DNA of 64,000 bases from Albugo candida (lineage: Eukaryota), in contig JBDOQK010000007.1 in the NCBI GenBank assembly GCA_040437565.1, forward strand, positions 186,001 to 250,000, read 5' to 3'. Of this stretch, positions 1-12,446 are shown piece after piece. Below the pieces are notes generated by a model. That model saw only the letters and a list, made by a program, of their open reading frames with translations. It was not told the origin of the DNA and searched no databases. Each line of letters begins with the position of its first letter. The stretch's first letter is position 1. A program made the position numbers and the translations under genes.

Positions 1-4
1 GGAT

Positions 5-1228
5 ATGATCAAAAGCGGATATGATGAATTAGTGAGCAGTGTCATTCGTCCTATGCGCGCAGAGTATTGCATTAGCGATTTAGGACATCATCAAATTATT
101 ATCGAGCAAACACGTGCCAATCGTATGGATCTAACGCTGCAAAACGCTGCAAATTTCGCTTTGGAATGTAGCTGGTGGCGACCACTAGCACGATCTCAGG
201 ATACGCTTTGCCCATCCCCATGCATCGTCTTCCTTCACGGCAACAGCAGCTGTCGATTAGGCGCACTGGAAATCGTCACATATGCTATTCCCGCAGGTTT
301 CTCGGTATTTGCATTAGATTTCGCAGGATCTGGAATGTCACAGGTTATTTCGTATTCGTTGTTGTCTAAAATGAGCTGACGATGAAAAGTAGGGAAAATA
401 TGTGTCGCTCGGATACCACGAGCAGCAAGATATCGCGACGGCCGTCCAGTACATTCGGAGCAATCAAAAAGACTGTAAGATTATATTATGGGGACGGAGC
501 ATGGGCGCTGTGGCTTCACTTTTGTACGTTGAGAAAGATCCATCAATAAGTGTGTTAGTGCTGGACTCGCCTTTTTCATCACTTCCACAGCTAGCGCTTG
601 AGCTTGTACAGGAAGGAAAACTTGGAGTACCCAAAATCCTCGTAAAATTTGTTATGCAAATGCTCCGACAAGATATCAAACGAAGGGCTAAATTCGATAT
701 TTTTAAACTCAAACCAATCGATCACATTCATCGGTATGTACCAATCCCTCGTCATTTCTTTATAGATTTCTTGACGGTTGTGATAGGTGTAGTATCCCAT
801 CGTTCTTTCTAACAGGACTGCAAGATGAATTAGTGGGGTCTCATCACGCAAAGGCTTTGTTTCGACAGCATAACGGCCCAAAAGAATTGTTCACATTTCG
901 AGGCGGTCATAACAGCCCTCGTCCTTTTGTTGGGTACTTTGAAGCGCTTCAATTTGTTCGTGTAATGGTGGGCTTACTTCCATTGGATTCCGAAACAACG
1001 CGTGGGGGTCAGAGTCCCACACGCACAAAGGTGTTTCATAATCCATTACCTCCAGGAACTTATATCGAATCAGTGAATCAAATGACTGTGAGAGACTTGA
1101 AGGCTGCGATCCAGCGTGCTGGATACGATGATATCACCTGTATTGAGAAGAAGGATATGGTGGATCTTGTCATACAGCTTTATTCCCGCTACCAACAGTA
1201 TGAAACCATTGAGCTTTCATCGTTTTGA
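5..1228 (+). CDS. Alpha/beta hydrolase (S9/ABHD-like) with C-terminal SAP/ARMET_C-like motif; 3 exons
   Basis: HGNSS motif, DFAGSG, nucleophile elbow GRSMG, QDELV acid and GGHN His. GT-AG introns 344-392 and 734-786 join ORFs 5-379, 402-812 and 833-1228 in frame. The true start could lie upstream of the window. Confidence 0.85.
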
Positions 1229-1328
1229 ATGTGTGCGATAGCGTACGTACTTACAGACCGAACAACCGATACGTTCGTTACCCCTTTGATTGTCAAAGTA
1301 CCAAGCGCCAAGTTTGATGTTGCGGGAT

Positions 1329-1922
1329 TCAGTGATTGCCAGTGAGCGATTGGGCTGCAAACATATCCGCGAGAGTGTGAAGCATGATGAGATGACCGTG
1401 AGACGGCTCTAATTTATTCTGTTCCGAAATGAGCCGAGCCTGAAGTTGTGTACATTGAACATTACAGAAAGTCGAAATAGAGCGAGATGCTCGAGCTCCA
1501 TTGGATGATTTCGAGTCTTTTTGTTCCTTTTGCATCACTGCAAGCGCTCGATGCAGTTTAGCTTGACCTAAAATAGCGGTCGAAATGTGTAACTTTGCTT
1601 TTGTGCTTTTTGTTTGGATGGGCGATTTGGTTGTTTTGCTCTGTGAAGCGACTCGTTGAACTAGATAAGAAGGCACTTTAATACAGCGCGCACGATCGTC
1701 AAGCGATCTCTGATGTGGACTAGTTTTGTGTTCTCTCACATAAAGTGCTTTCCTCATTTGGGAACATTTTTCCTCTAATTTATCCGCGAAAGTAAACGAT
1801 AAAGCTGCAATATCTTGTTCTTTCATATCCAAACTGTTTTCCTCGGAATCACCATGTTGCTCTTCCTCGCTGAGGCTCTCCCAATCACTATCACCGTACC
1901 CGTGATCCGAATCCAACTGCAT
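1329..1922 (-). CDS. Hypothetical protein (~197 aa, acidic N-terminus)
   Basis: Long uninterrupted ORF filling the space between two genes; first in-frame ATG at 1922; no recognised domain. Confidence 0.55.
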   Translation of the reverse strand: MQLDSDHGYGDSDWESLSEEEQHGDSEENSLDMKEQDIAALSFTFADKLEEKCSQMRKALYVREHKTSPHQRSLDDRARCIKVPSYLVQRVASQSKTTKSPIQTKSTKAKLHISTAILGQAKLHRALAVMQKEQKDSKSSNGARASRSISTFCNVQCTQLQARLISEQNKLEPSHGHLIMLHTLADMFAAQSLTGNH

Positions 1923-2052
1923 ATGAAGCACAGAATTAGCGTCTACCACATCAAATAAAAATCATATTCAGCGAATCAAAACTTATCTTTTAAACATCGC
2001 TATATCATCCAATCCTTTATCTCCAAGATTCGTTGAAAAACCGCGAAAACGT

Positions 2053-5000
2053 ATGAATGACAAGCAAGATGAACACGTTGCCGACGTGGAAATGGAGCCA
2101 GAAACACCTCCAGAATGTCCTAGTCCGTCCAATGTCCCTCTCTCTTCTTCCAAACGTCTAATTATCACGAGAATGCAGCTAGAAAACTTTAAATCGTACG
2201 CTGGATCCATTGAAATCGGTCCATTTCACAACAATTTCAGTGCTGTTGTGGGTCCAAATGGAAGCGGAAAATCCAACGTGATTGACGCTCTCCTCTTTGT
2301 CTTTGGCAAACGCGCATCCAAACTCCGCCTAAAGAAAATATCGGAATTGATTCATCGCTCGGAGCAGTTTCCCAACTTGGAGACCGCCAGCGTTAGCGTC
2401 TATTTCCATGAGATCATCGAGCGTGACGCAAATGAATCGGATGAAAGCGCCGAAATCATTCCGAATTCCGAATTTTATGTCACACGAACAGCTTCACGCA
2501 ATTGCAACAGTAAATACTTTGTGGACGGCGCACTTAGTTCATACACAAAAGTGACCAATCTCTTAAGGGAAAAAGGAATCGATCTCGATCACAACCGTTT
2601 TCTGATACTCCAAGGCGAAGTCGAGCAGATCGCTATGATGAAGAGCAAAGGAAACGTATCCACTAGCTCAAGTTCGGGTGGTACCTCCAATAACGCTTCG
2701 GAGGAAGGATTGCTGGAATACCTTGAGGATATCATTGGAAGTAATAAATATATTCATCCAATCGAAGAAGCGTGGGAAGTACTGGAAAAGCTGAATGATA
2801 GACGGAGTCAGAAACTCAATCGTGTTCGAGTGAGTGAGCTGGAGAAAGAGCATTTAAAGGGTCCTCGAACCGAAGCACTTGCATATTTGAGAAAGGAAAG
2901 AGAACTCTACGCAAAAGAAAACATTTTGTATCAATTGTACATTCACAGCACTGCAGTAAAGCGCGTCGACTGTGAGAAAACAATGGAAGAAACACAAACC
3001 AAATTCAAAGCACAAGAAGAATCCATTCATTCGTTACGAAAAGATCTGGAGAAAGTTGAAGAAAAGTATCAAAGTGAGAAGAATGAATGCGATCTGATTG
3101 TGACACAATTGGATGATATAAAAACAAAATTTGCGAATTTGGAGAAAGAGGATGTTGTGCTTCGTGAAGAGCTCAAGTGCAGTAAGGAGAAGATGAACGA
3201 TTTACAGAAAAGTGAGAAGAAGGAAATCAAGTTGTTGGCAGATTTGACGGAGAAACACAAGAAACAAGAAGAGCAGATTCCATTAACTGAGAATGAGCTG
3301 GAAGTGCTTCAATCAAAGTTGAAGAAAGAGGAAGGCAAAGTCGAAAAGCTGATGGAAGTTCACAAGAATGAAACGAATGAGTTGCGTCATCGTATGGAAG
3401 AACTCCAGCATCAGATGGAGCCTCTTCAGACCAAAACCAATCAGCTGCGATCAGTGATCGATACGACAGCAACAGAGATTCAATTGATTCAACAACCGCT
3501 TGAACGAGCTCAGAAAGCGCTCGAAACCAATGTGACTGCGATGAATGTGGCAGAGGAAAATGCTACCCGTTATCAATCGAGCCAAAAATCGATGCGAAAG
3601 CGCGAATCGGAGCTACAGAAATGCATCGAAGAAGCCAAAGATGATTTGCATCGCTTCCAAAAACAGGAAGAGGAACTCTACCATGAATATCGCATTGCCA
3701 GGAGCAAAGCAGAAGAGATTGGAAATGCTATGTCTTCCCGTTCTTCTCGAAATCGCATGCTGACTGCTCTATTGGATGCTTCCAAACCTGGCAAACCGCT
3801 TGCTGATGCTGGGTTACTTGGCAGATTGGGCGATCTAGGGGCTATTGACTCCAAGTATGATGTTGCTGTTTCGACCGCATGTAGCGCTCTTAATAACATG
3901 GTCGTGGAAACCACGCGAGGAGCTCAACAATGTGTCGACTATCTCCGACGTAACAATCTTGGACGAGCAACCTTTATCATCCTTCAACAGCTTGAATACA
4001 TGCATCGTCAGAGTCTGCGGGCGTTTCAAGAACCAAAAAGCACCCCTAAAGTTTCTCGATTGTTTGATCTCGTACGCTTCCAAGAGGAAAAGTATCGAGT
4101 TGCTTTTTACTTTGCTCTGCGGGACACCTTGGTTGCTTCCGACTTGGATCAGGCTACCTCAATCGCGTATCAAGGCAAACAATGTCGATATCGAGTTGTG
4201 ACATTAGATGGGCAACTGGTTGAACTCTCTGGAGCCATGTCGGGAGGTGGTAATCGTGCGCGAAGCGGTGGAATGTCCAGTTCTTTGCCATTATCGAATG
4301 CAAGCCAAGAGGAATGCAATCAACTGGAGAGAAATGCGGCAGCGGCTCACGAGCGTCTTTGTAAACTCCGGGATGATAAGGCAGCTTTAGAACACTCCCT
4401 GGATCAATGGTGCCAAGAGCTTGAAAATATACAAAATGAGATTCCCAAAGTAACATTGAGTCTTCAAGCAGTGGAAAAGCAGATACAAGATTTCAAGCAT
4501 CAGAAAGTTACGCTGGAAAAAGAGCTCGAACGCGTTACTTCCAGCCAAAAAAATGTAAAGAAAAGCGTCAAGGATCTGGAGACGAAAAAAACAAGCAAAA
4601 TTGAAGCTTTGAGAGAAGTACAGGAGCAAATAAGAGTGCATGAAGACCAAGTTGATGATATTAAAGAACAGATACTACAAATTGGAGGTGTGAAAGCACA
4701 ACAAGCGCATGTGAAAGTTAAAGAAATGACTGACAAAATAGACGCCAAAGTGAGTCAACTCACAAAACTTCGTGTAGAATCAAAGAGCGGAGGCAAACAC
4801 TGTGAGAAATTGCGACTGTCTTTGGAGAAGCAGCGTTCGGATCAAAGTGAACTAACGCTAAAAATGGAGCAATTACGGGAACGATGCGCGCAAGTTGAAG
4901 AAATAGGAGTGAAGATCGTTGAAGAAAAGGAAAAATTGCAACTTCAAGTGGAAGAAAAGCAGAATGTATGTCGTAAAACTGAACGTAATGTGTCAAAAAT

Positions 5001-6147
5001 GCAAAAACAAGTTGAGAAATTGACAAATTCGGAAATCGATCTGCAGAATGAATTGGATAACACGCGGCAAACGTTGGAAGAGCATGTTAGACAGGAGAAA
5101 TACTGGAAATCCAAGTTGGCATCTGTCCAAGCAACATTCATTCTGGAACAAGAACAGTACGCAAACGTTTTTGATGGGAATGATGATCCTGCAGGCAATG
5201 AAGTGCTCGCGAAAAAGGTGACAAAATGTCTAAAACGTCAAGAACGCAAGTCGGAAACGGACTCCGATGAAGAAACTGAAGAATTAAAGGAAACAAGCGT
5301 ACTTCAACTTCCTATTTTAACCGCGCATGAATTGGCCTCATTCACTCAGGAAGAACTTCAGTTTGATATGGCTTTGTTGACGCAACAACGGGATGCGCTG
5401 AAGGAAAATGTGAATATGCAAGCCTTGATCGAATATCAGGAAAAGGTTCAAGAGCTTCAAACGCGTACATCCGAACTTGAAGAAGCTACTTCAAATCGTG
5501 ATGAAAAACGTCTTGAATTGGAAAGACTACAGCGCAAGCGTCTGGATGATTTCATGAAGGGGTTTGGGGTGATCACGCTCAAGTTGAAAGAAATGTATCA
5601 AATGATTACATTAGGCGGCGATGCGGAGCTGGAATTGGTGGACTCGTTGGATCCATTTTCAGAAGGTGTTGTATTTAGTGTGCGGCCTTTTAAAAAGAGC
5701 TGGAAACCGATATCGAATCTTTCGGGAGGAGAGAAGACATTGGCGTCCTTGGCGTTAGTGTTTGCGTTGCATCATTACAAGCCCACACCGCTGTACGTGA
5801 TGGATGAAATCGATGCTGCATTGGATTATCGGAATGTGTCTATCGTTGGGAATTACATCAAAGAACGTACACGAAACGCGCAGTTTATCATCATCTCTCT
5901 GCGAAATAATATGTTTGAATTAGCAGATCGACTGGTTGGCATTTACAAAACAGATAACACGACAAAAACCGTCACTATCAATCCAAAAGCGTACCAACAG
6001 CCTTTGTCGCCGACGGAATCAAATGAGATGGAAAGTCAAAACAAGGAAGAAAATGGAAGAAAGGATGGCGACAAAGTGAAGCGTCAAAGAACGCGCTCAA
6101 ATAAGTCGGATACAACTATTGCGTTAGGCGATCGGACCAATCGATAA
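2053..6147 (+). CDS. SMC4: Structural maintenance of chromosomes protein 4 (condensin), intronless
   Basis: Walker A GPNGSGKSN, FLILQGEVEQIAMMK, hinge GRLGDLG...GRATFI, signature LSGGEKT, Walker B DEIDAALD, long coiled coils. Confidence 0.97.
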   Translation: MNDKQDEHVADVEMEPETPPECPSPSNVPLSSSKRLIITRMQLENFKSYAGSIEIGPFHNNFSAVVGPNGSGKSNVIDALLFVFGKRASKLRLKKISELIHRSEQFPNLETASVSVYFHEIIERDANESDESAEIIPNSEFYVTRTASRNCNSKYFVDGALSSYTKVTNLLREKGIDLDHNRFLILQGEVEQIAMMKSKGNVSTSSSSGGTSNNASEEGLLEYLEDIIGSNKYIHPIEEAWEVLEKLNDRRSQKLNRVRVSELEKEHLKGPRTEALAYLRKERELYAKENILYQLYIHSTAVKRVDCEKTMEETQTKFKAQEESIHSLRKDLEKVEEKYQSEKNECDLIVTQLDDIKTKFANLEKEDVVLREELKCSKEKMNDLQKSEKKEIKLLADLTEKHKKQEEQIPLTENELEVLQSKLKKEEGKVEKLMEVHKNETNELRHRMEELQHQMEPLQTKTNQLRSVIDTTATEIQLIQQPLERAQKALETNVTAMNVAEENATRYQSSQKSMRKRESELQKCIEEAKDDLHRFQKQEEELYHEYRIARSKAEEIGNAMSSRSSRNRMLTALLDASKPGKPLADAGLLGRLGDLGAIDSKYDVAVSTACSALNNMVVETTRGAQQCVDYLRRNNLGRATFIILQQLEYMHRQSLRAFQEPKSTPKVSRLFDLVRFQEEKYRVAFYFALRDTLVASDLDQATSIAYQGKQCRYRVVTLDGQLVELSGAMSGGGNRARSGGMSSSLPLSNASQEECNQLERNAAAAHERLCKLRDDKAALEHSLDQWCQELENIQNEIPKVTLSLQAVEKQIQDFKHQKVTLEKELERVTSSQKNVKKSVKDLETKKTSKIEALREVQEQIRVHEDQVDDIKEQILQIGGVKAQQAHVKVKEMTDKIDAKVSQLTKLRVESKSGGKHCEKLRLSLEKQRSDQSELTLKMEQLRERCAQVEEIGVKIVEEKEKLQLQVEEKQNVCRKTERNVSKMQKQVEKLTNSEIDLQNELDNTRQTLEEHVRQEKYWKSKLASVQATFILEQEQYANVFDGNDDPAGNEVLAKKVTKCLKRQERKSETDSDEETEELKETSVLQLPILTAHELASFTQEELQFDMALLTQQRDALKENVNMQALIEYQEKVQELQTRTSELEEATSNRDEKRLELERLQRKRLDDFMKGFGVITLKLKEMYQMITLGGDAELELVDSLDPFSEGVVFSVRPFKKSWKPISNLSGGEKTLASLALVFALHHYKPTPLYVMDEIDAALDYRNVSIVGNYIKERTRNAQFIIISLRNNMFELADRLVGIYKTDNTTKTVTINPKAYQQPLSPTESNEMESQNKEENGRKDGDKVKRQRTRSNKSDTTIALGDRTNR

Positions 6148-6845
6148 AAAGCTTGAAAAGCACGGTTAAGTAAATTACGTGCATGTGTGTCCCAAATATG
6201 TGGAATCCATGTCGCGATACAGCATATTTCATATCAAATCGAACCTAACATCGTTCTAGATGGTGTGGTGATAGATAAGGTACGCCTTCGAAGGTCTGAT
6301 TCCTTCCTTTGTAACCCCACCCGCATGAGCTGTTTCAGCGATAGTTTTTTTCAAACTGTTTCGCTGCAGCTGCATAGATTTGCAGGAAGGCGACGGGCAA
6401 TAACGATCGCAACTCTCTAGGTCCTAGAGCATTTTGGTACAATTCGAAAAGAGTTTGGTTCCATGGTTTCAATACCCCTAACCTCTAGCGTTTCGCAGAT
6501 AGAAAGTGTCCTTCCAAACATAATTATGTAATAAGTATCATGGAGTTACTCTCACAAGATTCCGATTCGTGATATTTCGCAAAGAAAGGACAAAGCTTGT
6601 TCGGGCTAATAACCCTTTCCCACTTCTACTAGAATCGTGTGACACAGTTACATCCAGGTAGTGACAATTGTGTAAAATTGGGTAGTGTGATTGCGGTATC
6701 ACAACAATCGTATGGAGTCGTTCATTCACATATTTCTTTTCGATCTCCATCAGACGTGTGCTGTACAACCGGATAGACATTTGTTTTTTTCTGTACACTA
6801 CAAGAACCACATCTCTAGAACATCAAAGAGGTGCTAACGCAAAAT

Positions 6846-9800
6846 ATGACGCTATCAACATATCAACATCAATTTGTGCCACGTACAAAACGAATACATT
6901 ACTTTCCAACTTCCGCTGCTTTATCACCCAATATCACGATGCAAGAGGACAACATATTACAAACACTATCGCCATCTCACAATCTTACACTGCAATCGTA
7001 CAATGATCCAATCGTTAATGAAGAAATACCAGAAGTCAACGTAGCAGCATTTTCAGGTACGCTCAACAACAAAGTATGTAAAACGTATCCTGATCTCAAC
7101 TGTAGATATCCTTAATTCGGCACNNNNNNNNNNNNNNNNNNNNNNNNNNNNNNNNNNNNNNNNNNNNNNNNNNNNNNNNNNNNNNNNNNNNNNNNNNNNN
7201 NNNNNNNNNNNNNNNNNNNNNNNATAATACCCGTTCATGTAGTGTTGATGTGCCGAATTAAGGATATCTACAGTTGAGATCAGGATACGTTTTACATACT
7301 TTGTTGTTGAGCGTATCCTGATCTCAACTGTAGATATCCTTAATTCGGCACATCAACACTACATGAACGGGTATTATCAAGAAACAGTTTCTTTATGCGA
7401 GTATCTGTACGAGGTGGACATGTACCACACAAACAATTTGCTGCTGCTAGGCGCGGCACATTTTCAATCGGGTAATTTTGCAGAAAGTATTTATTACAAT
7501 CAACAATGCATTCGATTGGATCCACATTTCGCGGAAGCGTATGGTAATCTCGGAAACGCACTTAAAGAAACGGGTGATATATTGGGCGCAATTCATTTCT
7601 ACGTGAAAGCAATTCAACTTCATCCTCGTTTTAGTGATGCTTACAATAATCTCGCCGTATCGTACATGCAAATTGGCCAATGGCAGCAAGCAATCGAAAC
7701 GTATAAAACAGCCTTGACTTTGGATCCTTCTTTGGTGGACGCCCACAGCAATCTAGGCAATCTATACAAGGCACAAGGAATGTACGAAGATGCGAAAAGC
7801 TGCTTTAGAGAAGCCATCCGAGTGAAACCGACATTTGCAATCGCATGGAGCAGTCTTGCCGGCGTATATCAGCACAGCGGTGAACTGGATGCAGCTATTA
7901 TCCATTACCAGGAAGCTATTCGCCTCGCACCAGATTTTGTGGACGCATACACAAATCTAGGCAACGCCTTACGTGAAAGCGGTCGACTCCAAGATGCCAT
8001 TAATGTGTACAAGAAAGCAATTGAGATCCGCCCAAACTTTGCAACTGCTCACGGAAACCTCGCCAGTGCGTATTACGACTCGGGTCAAATGGACCTGGCA
8101 ATCCTAACCTTCCGCCAAGCGATCCACCTCGAACCTAATTTTCCGGACGCATACAATAATCTAGGCAATGCCCTTCGCGAAATGGGACAACTCGATCAAT
8201 CGATTCTCTGCTACCGGACCGCTTTACGGCTCAAAGCTGACCATCCTCACGCGTACAACAACTTGGGCAATGCCCTCAAAGACAAAGGAATGATTAAAGA
8301 GGCTATTCATTGCTATTCGACGGCGGCCCGGCTAATGCCTCATTTGGCTGCTGCTTATAGCAATCTTGGAAGCGTGCTCAAGGAACAAGGCAAACTGGAA
8401 CAAGCACTGGCTCACTACCAACAAGCTATACACATTGACCCGCGATTCGCCGATGCTTTCAGCAATATGGGGAATGTATTCAAAGATATGAATCGCTTGG
8501 AAGACTCGATACAATGTTACAGCACAGCGATTCGATTGAAACCCGAGTTTACAGACGCATACAGTAATTTGGCGAGTGCGTACAAAGACGGAGGCCAATT
8601 GAAAGAAGCGATCGCGTGTTATCGCAAAGCTCTTTCCTTACGTCCGAATTTTCCCGATGCATTTGCCAATTACTTCCATTCAATGGTTTTCATTTGCGAT
8701 TGGGAAACGCGAGAGAAAGATTTCAGAAAACTGGTTGGATTTTTAGACACACAATTACGCAAAAAAAATGTATTACCATCCGTTCAGCCATTTCATGCGC
8801 TCGTGTACCCGCTTTCCATGCAATGTTTTCTGGAAATCGCAAAACGGTATGCATCACGAGCCAAACTGAACGTCCAACTTGTGGATTTCAAAGTCCAACA
8901 GTACCCTTCCAAACTCGCAAATGAACGACTTCGTATCGGTTATGTGTCTTCGGATTTGGGAAATCATCCGTTAGCTCATTTGATGCAAAGTGTGTTCGGA
9001 ATGCATCGACGCTCCCATTTTGAGATATTCTGTTATTCAACCACACCAAATGATCATTCCTGCTGGCGGAAGAAAATATCAAATGAAGTGGAGCATTTCA
9101 TCGATATCAGTGGCATAAGCAATGGCGACGCCGCTGAACGCATTGTGCGCGATGGAATTCACATTTTGGTCAATTTGAACGGATACACCAAAGGAGCCCG
9201 AAACGAGATATTCGCACTTGGACCGGCGCCCGTGCAGGTGAGTTACATGGGATTCTGCGGAACACTGGGCGCCGATTACATTCAGTATATGGTGGGCGAT
9301 AAAGTGGTCGTTCCACCTGAGAATCGAAAGTATTTCAGTGAGAAAATCATCTCAATGCCTCACTCGTATTTCGTGAACGATCACAAACAATCGGCAGCCG
9401 AAGTTTTGGATGTGACAAAGTGTCCCCAACGCTCCCATTACGGCGTCCCGTACGATAAATTCGTATTCTGTAATTTCAATCAAGTGTACAAAATCGATCC
9501 CGAGACATTTTCGACGTGGATGAATGTGCTGAAACGCGTTCCCAATTCGATTTTATGGCTTTTAAGGTTCCCTCCGGTCGCAGAAGCGAATATCCGCGCA
9601 CAGGCTCGAGAACGTGGTGTTCCCGATGAACGTTTACAATTCACAGATGTCGCCAAGAAAGAAGAGCATTTGAAACGTGGACACCTCGCGGATCTGTTTC
9701 TAGACACACCGGAATGCAATGCACACACAACCGGATGTGATATTTTATGGGGCGGAACTCCAATGATCACACTTGCAAAAGATCGTATGGCCACACGTGT

Positions 9801-10113
9801 TGCATCGAGTCTTCTTCGAGCTGCGCATTTGGACGAAATGATCACATATTCACTCAAAGAGTACGAGGAATTGGCTGTCGCATTAGCAACCGATTCGAAG
9901 CGATGGAAAGCGATCAAACAGAAACTCAAATGCAATCGTACAACGTGTCCATTATTCGATACACAGCGATGGGTACGGAATCTTGAAACGGGTTTACAGC
10001 TTGCGTGGAAACGTCACGAATGCGGCCAGGATCCCCAGCATATTGATGTCCCCGATGTGTACGAATCGGACGATGGAGACCCAAGTCAGTCGATCGGAAC
10101 GTTTGGCCATTGA
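6846..10113 (+). CDS. OGT: O-GlcNAc transferase, SEC/OGT type (TPR array + GT41 catalytic domain); 5' end interrupted by a gap and chimera
   Basis: About 13 TPR repeats, then LPSVQPFH, RIGYVSSDLGNHPLAHL, NGYTKGAR, FNQVYKIDP and NAHTTGCD. An upstream exon joins via intron 7057-7105 (AAFS|DILNSAHQHYMNGYY). Start codon uncertain. Confidence 0.93.
7224..7377. repeat. Perfect 66-bp inverted repeat (fold-back) at a contig edge; probable library/assembly chimera
   Basis: 7224-7289 is the exact reverse complement of 7312-7377. The loop is the reverse complement of 7062-7083. Confidence 0.85.
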
Positions 10114-10164
10114 ACGTATTCGAAGACGTTCAGTTGTCGTAATACGGCAATACAAATGTTTTTA

Positions 10165-12142
10165 TTATATCTCATACGATTCTCGATCCAAACTGGAAGT
10201 CCTCTCTGATTCAAATGTGAGTCGATCTGCGGTGTGAACTTGTGAAAGGTCATCGGACGGAGTTGTGGAGGAATTGTACCATCCTCTACTGCTGCAATAG
10301 GATTCCGTTGAGCATCGCGAGGAAGTCGATGACGACATTGATAGAATGGATCGTTGGAATTGAGAATTTTCAGACGCATTGGAATGGAAGCGAATATCGG
10401 AATGTGTCGAATCGATATACGATTTCCGATCGGATGGATCCACGCGACTCGTTCGGATGCGATTGTTATTCTCATCGCCAATGAACGAAACGGAAGACAC
10501 TTCGGACCGTATTGCCGGATCGAAAATGGATTGCGTACTGAGATCGTCAGTGTCTCTCATGGAGCGATGTGAACTGTGACCACTGAGTCGTGAAGTATCA
10601 TCGAAACTTGTGGCAATCACAATGGGGTCACTGGTAAAGCTGTCTGCCGAGTCTTCCGATGGTGCGACTAATGTCATTGAGAAATCACTGGATACTTCAG
10701 AACTTCGTTGTTCGTGTGGAATGTATTGAGAATCGGAACGTGAGTGGTAAAGTCGATTGGAGTCGAAGGATTGAGGAAGTGTTAATGTCCGTCGAGGCCA
10801 ATTGTGTTCTGAAATGGATGGATCTATCTGTTTGGATGCAGCGAGAAGAGGGATACCGCTCGCATTTGTCATCACAAACACTTGACTTGCAGACATATCG
10901 CTTTGGTAAGTGGAAGGTTGAGTCGGAGCGGTGCTTGTGAGCACTCGAGGCTTTGTATGCTGTATTTCGCCACTGGATAACGAGTGTGTGGCGGAAGCAC
11001 GTGACATTTTACTCGTACGCATAGACTCTAAAGGCTCGTGTTTTGGCGTAGTGATAAAATCGATGTCTTCTTTCTTGCATTTGAGTTGTGTGATGCCAAA
11101 TACAATAATTCCGAGGAATAGCATACCCAAAAGACTTGCGAGAACGATGTACATATAATTGTCATTATCGCTTTTGGTTGCAGTGGTGCGAATGTGTCTG
11201 ATGTGAGGTGTTGTTGAGTGCAGAGGTGGTGGTGGATTGAGAATCGGAGACTCTGTGGAAGAGATATTGACTGCTGGTGGGATTGTGATTGGGACTTCAG
11301 GTACAGGTGCATTATCGATTTGTGTGTGGTCAGAAGATGATTCTATAGCTGGCTGGACGGGAGGCTGGGCAGGAGGAGCAGGAGGTGGGACTGGTGGGGG
11401 TGGAGGAGGTGGTGGAGGTGGNNNNNNNNNNNNNNNNNNNNNNNNNNNNNNNNNNNNNNNNNNNNNNNNNNNNNNNNNNNNNNNNNNNNNNNNNNNNNNN
11501 NNNNNNNNNNNNNNNNNNNNNATTATCGCTTTTGGTTGCAGTGGTGCGAATGTGTCTGATGTGAGGTGTTGTTGAGTGCAGAGGTGGTGGTGGATTGAGA
11601 ATCGGAGACTCTGTGGAAGAGATATTGACTGCTGGTGGGATTGTGATTGGGACTTCAGGTACAGGTGCATTATCGATTTGTGTGTGGTCAGAAGATGATT
11701 CTATAGCTGGCTGGACGGGAGGCTGGGCAGGAGGAGCAGGAGGTGGGACTGGTGGGGGTGGAGGAGGTGGTGGAGGTGGCTGGATTGGAGGAAGAGGCTG
11801 GGGCACGACTGGGGCTGGAGGCTCAGTTACAGGCGGTGGAGGAGGCGGAGGAGGTGGTGGCTGGATTGTAGGCGCTGGTGGGGGTTGCCCAATGGCTGGA
11901 GATGGATTGCTGGGCGGTGGAATCGATATTCCGTTCTGTGGAGCCGCGGGATTCACTACAAGTGAAGAATTGGCTGTCTGTGCTATTAGAGTATATTAGT
12001 AATTAATATATTTATAATGGATAGAAATGTGCAAACCATAGCATGATGAATGAAATAATGTAAATAATGACATAAATATATGAATTGCTCTTTTTTGTAT
12101 TCGATTGCGATGAATTGGACGATTACAATTGAATTGCGGCAT
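10165..12142 (-). CDS. Type I single-pass membrane protein with poly-Pro ectodomain and Ser/Thr-rich cytoplasmic tail
   Basis: Exon 1 (12142-12037, ending ...FMSLFTLFHSSCY) splices over intron 12036-11983 to AQTANSSLVVNPAAPQ. Poly-Pro tracts; TM YMYIVLASLLGMLFLGIIVFGI followed by KCKK. 258 bp is duplicated across gap 11422-11521. Confidence 0.75.
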
Positions 12143-12446
12143 TTTGCATTCGCATGTACGATCGATTAGGAAAAGTGTGACGAAAATAACAATTTGAGGA
12201 GATGTAGTACTATGAGATTGTACAGCTACTACAATGTGCCTTCTCTGCCAGCGTTTTCCACCTATACGTATGCTAAAGGATCTACTTGCTCCATTTTTTC
12301 ATCTTTGTAGTAAAACTTGAGACTGCTAACCCTCGATAGCGCATCCTAACATCTTTACATTCGATAGTTTACCCACTTTGCGTGTCGTGGACGGTATTAG
12401 TACTGATTGTAGAGGTTATCCACCAGCTAATACCGGTTTACTAACG

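Noticed and set aside
7053-7238. Minus-strand ORF starting MNGYY, like a second inverted OGT
   Set aside because: It is produced by the fold-back chimera and the N run.
11164-11779. Apparent internal tandem repeat in the Pro-rich gene and antisense Gly-rich ORFs
   Set aside because: 258-bp unmerged overlap around a 100-N gap; the Gly-rich ORFs are antisense shadows of poly-Pro codons.
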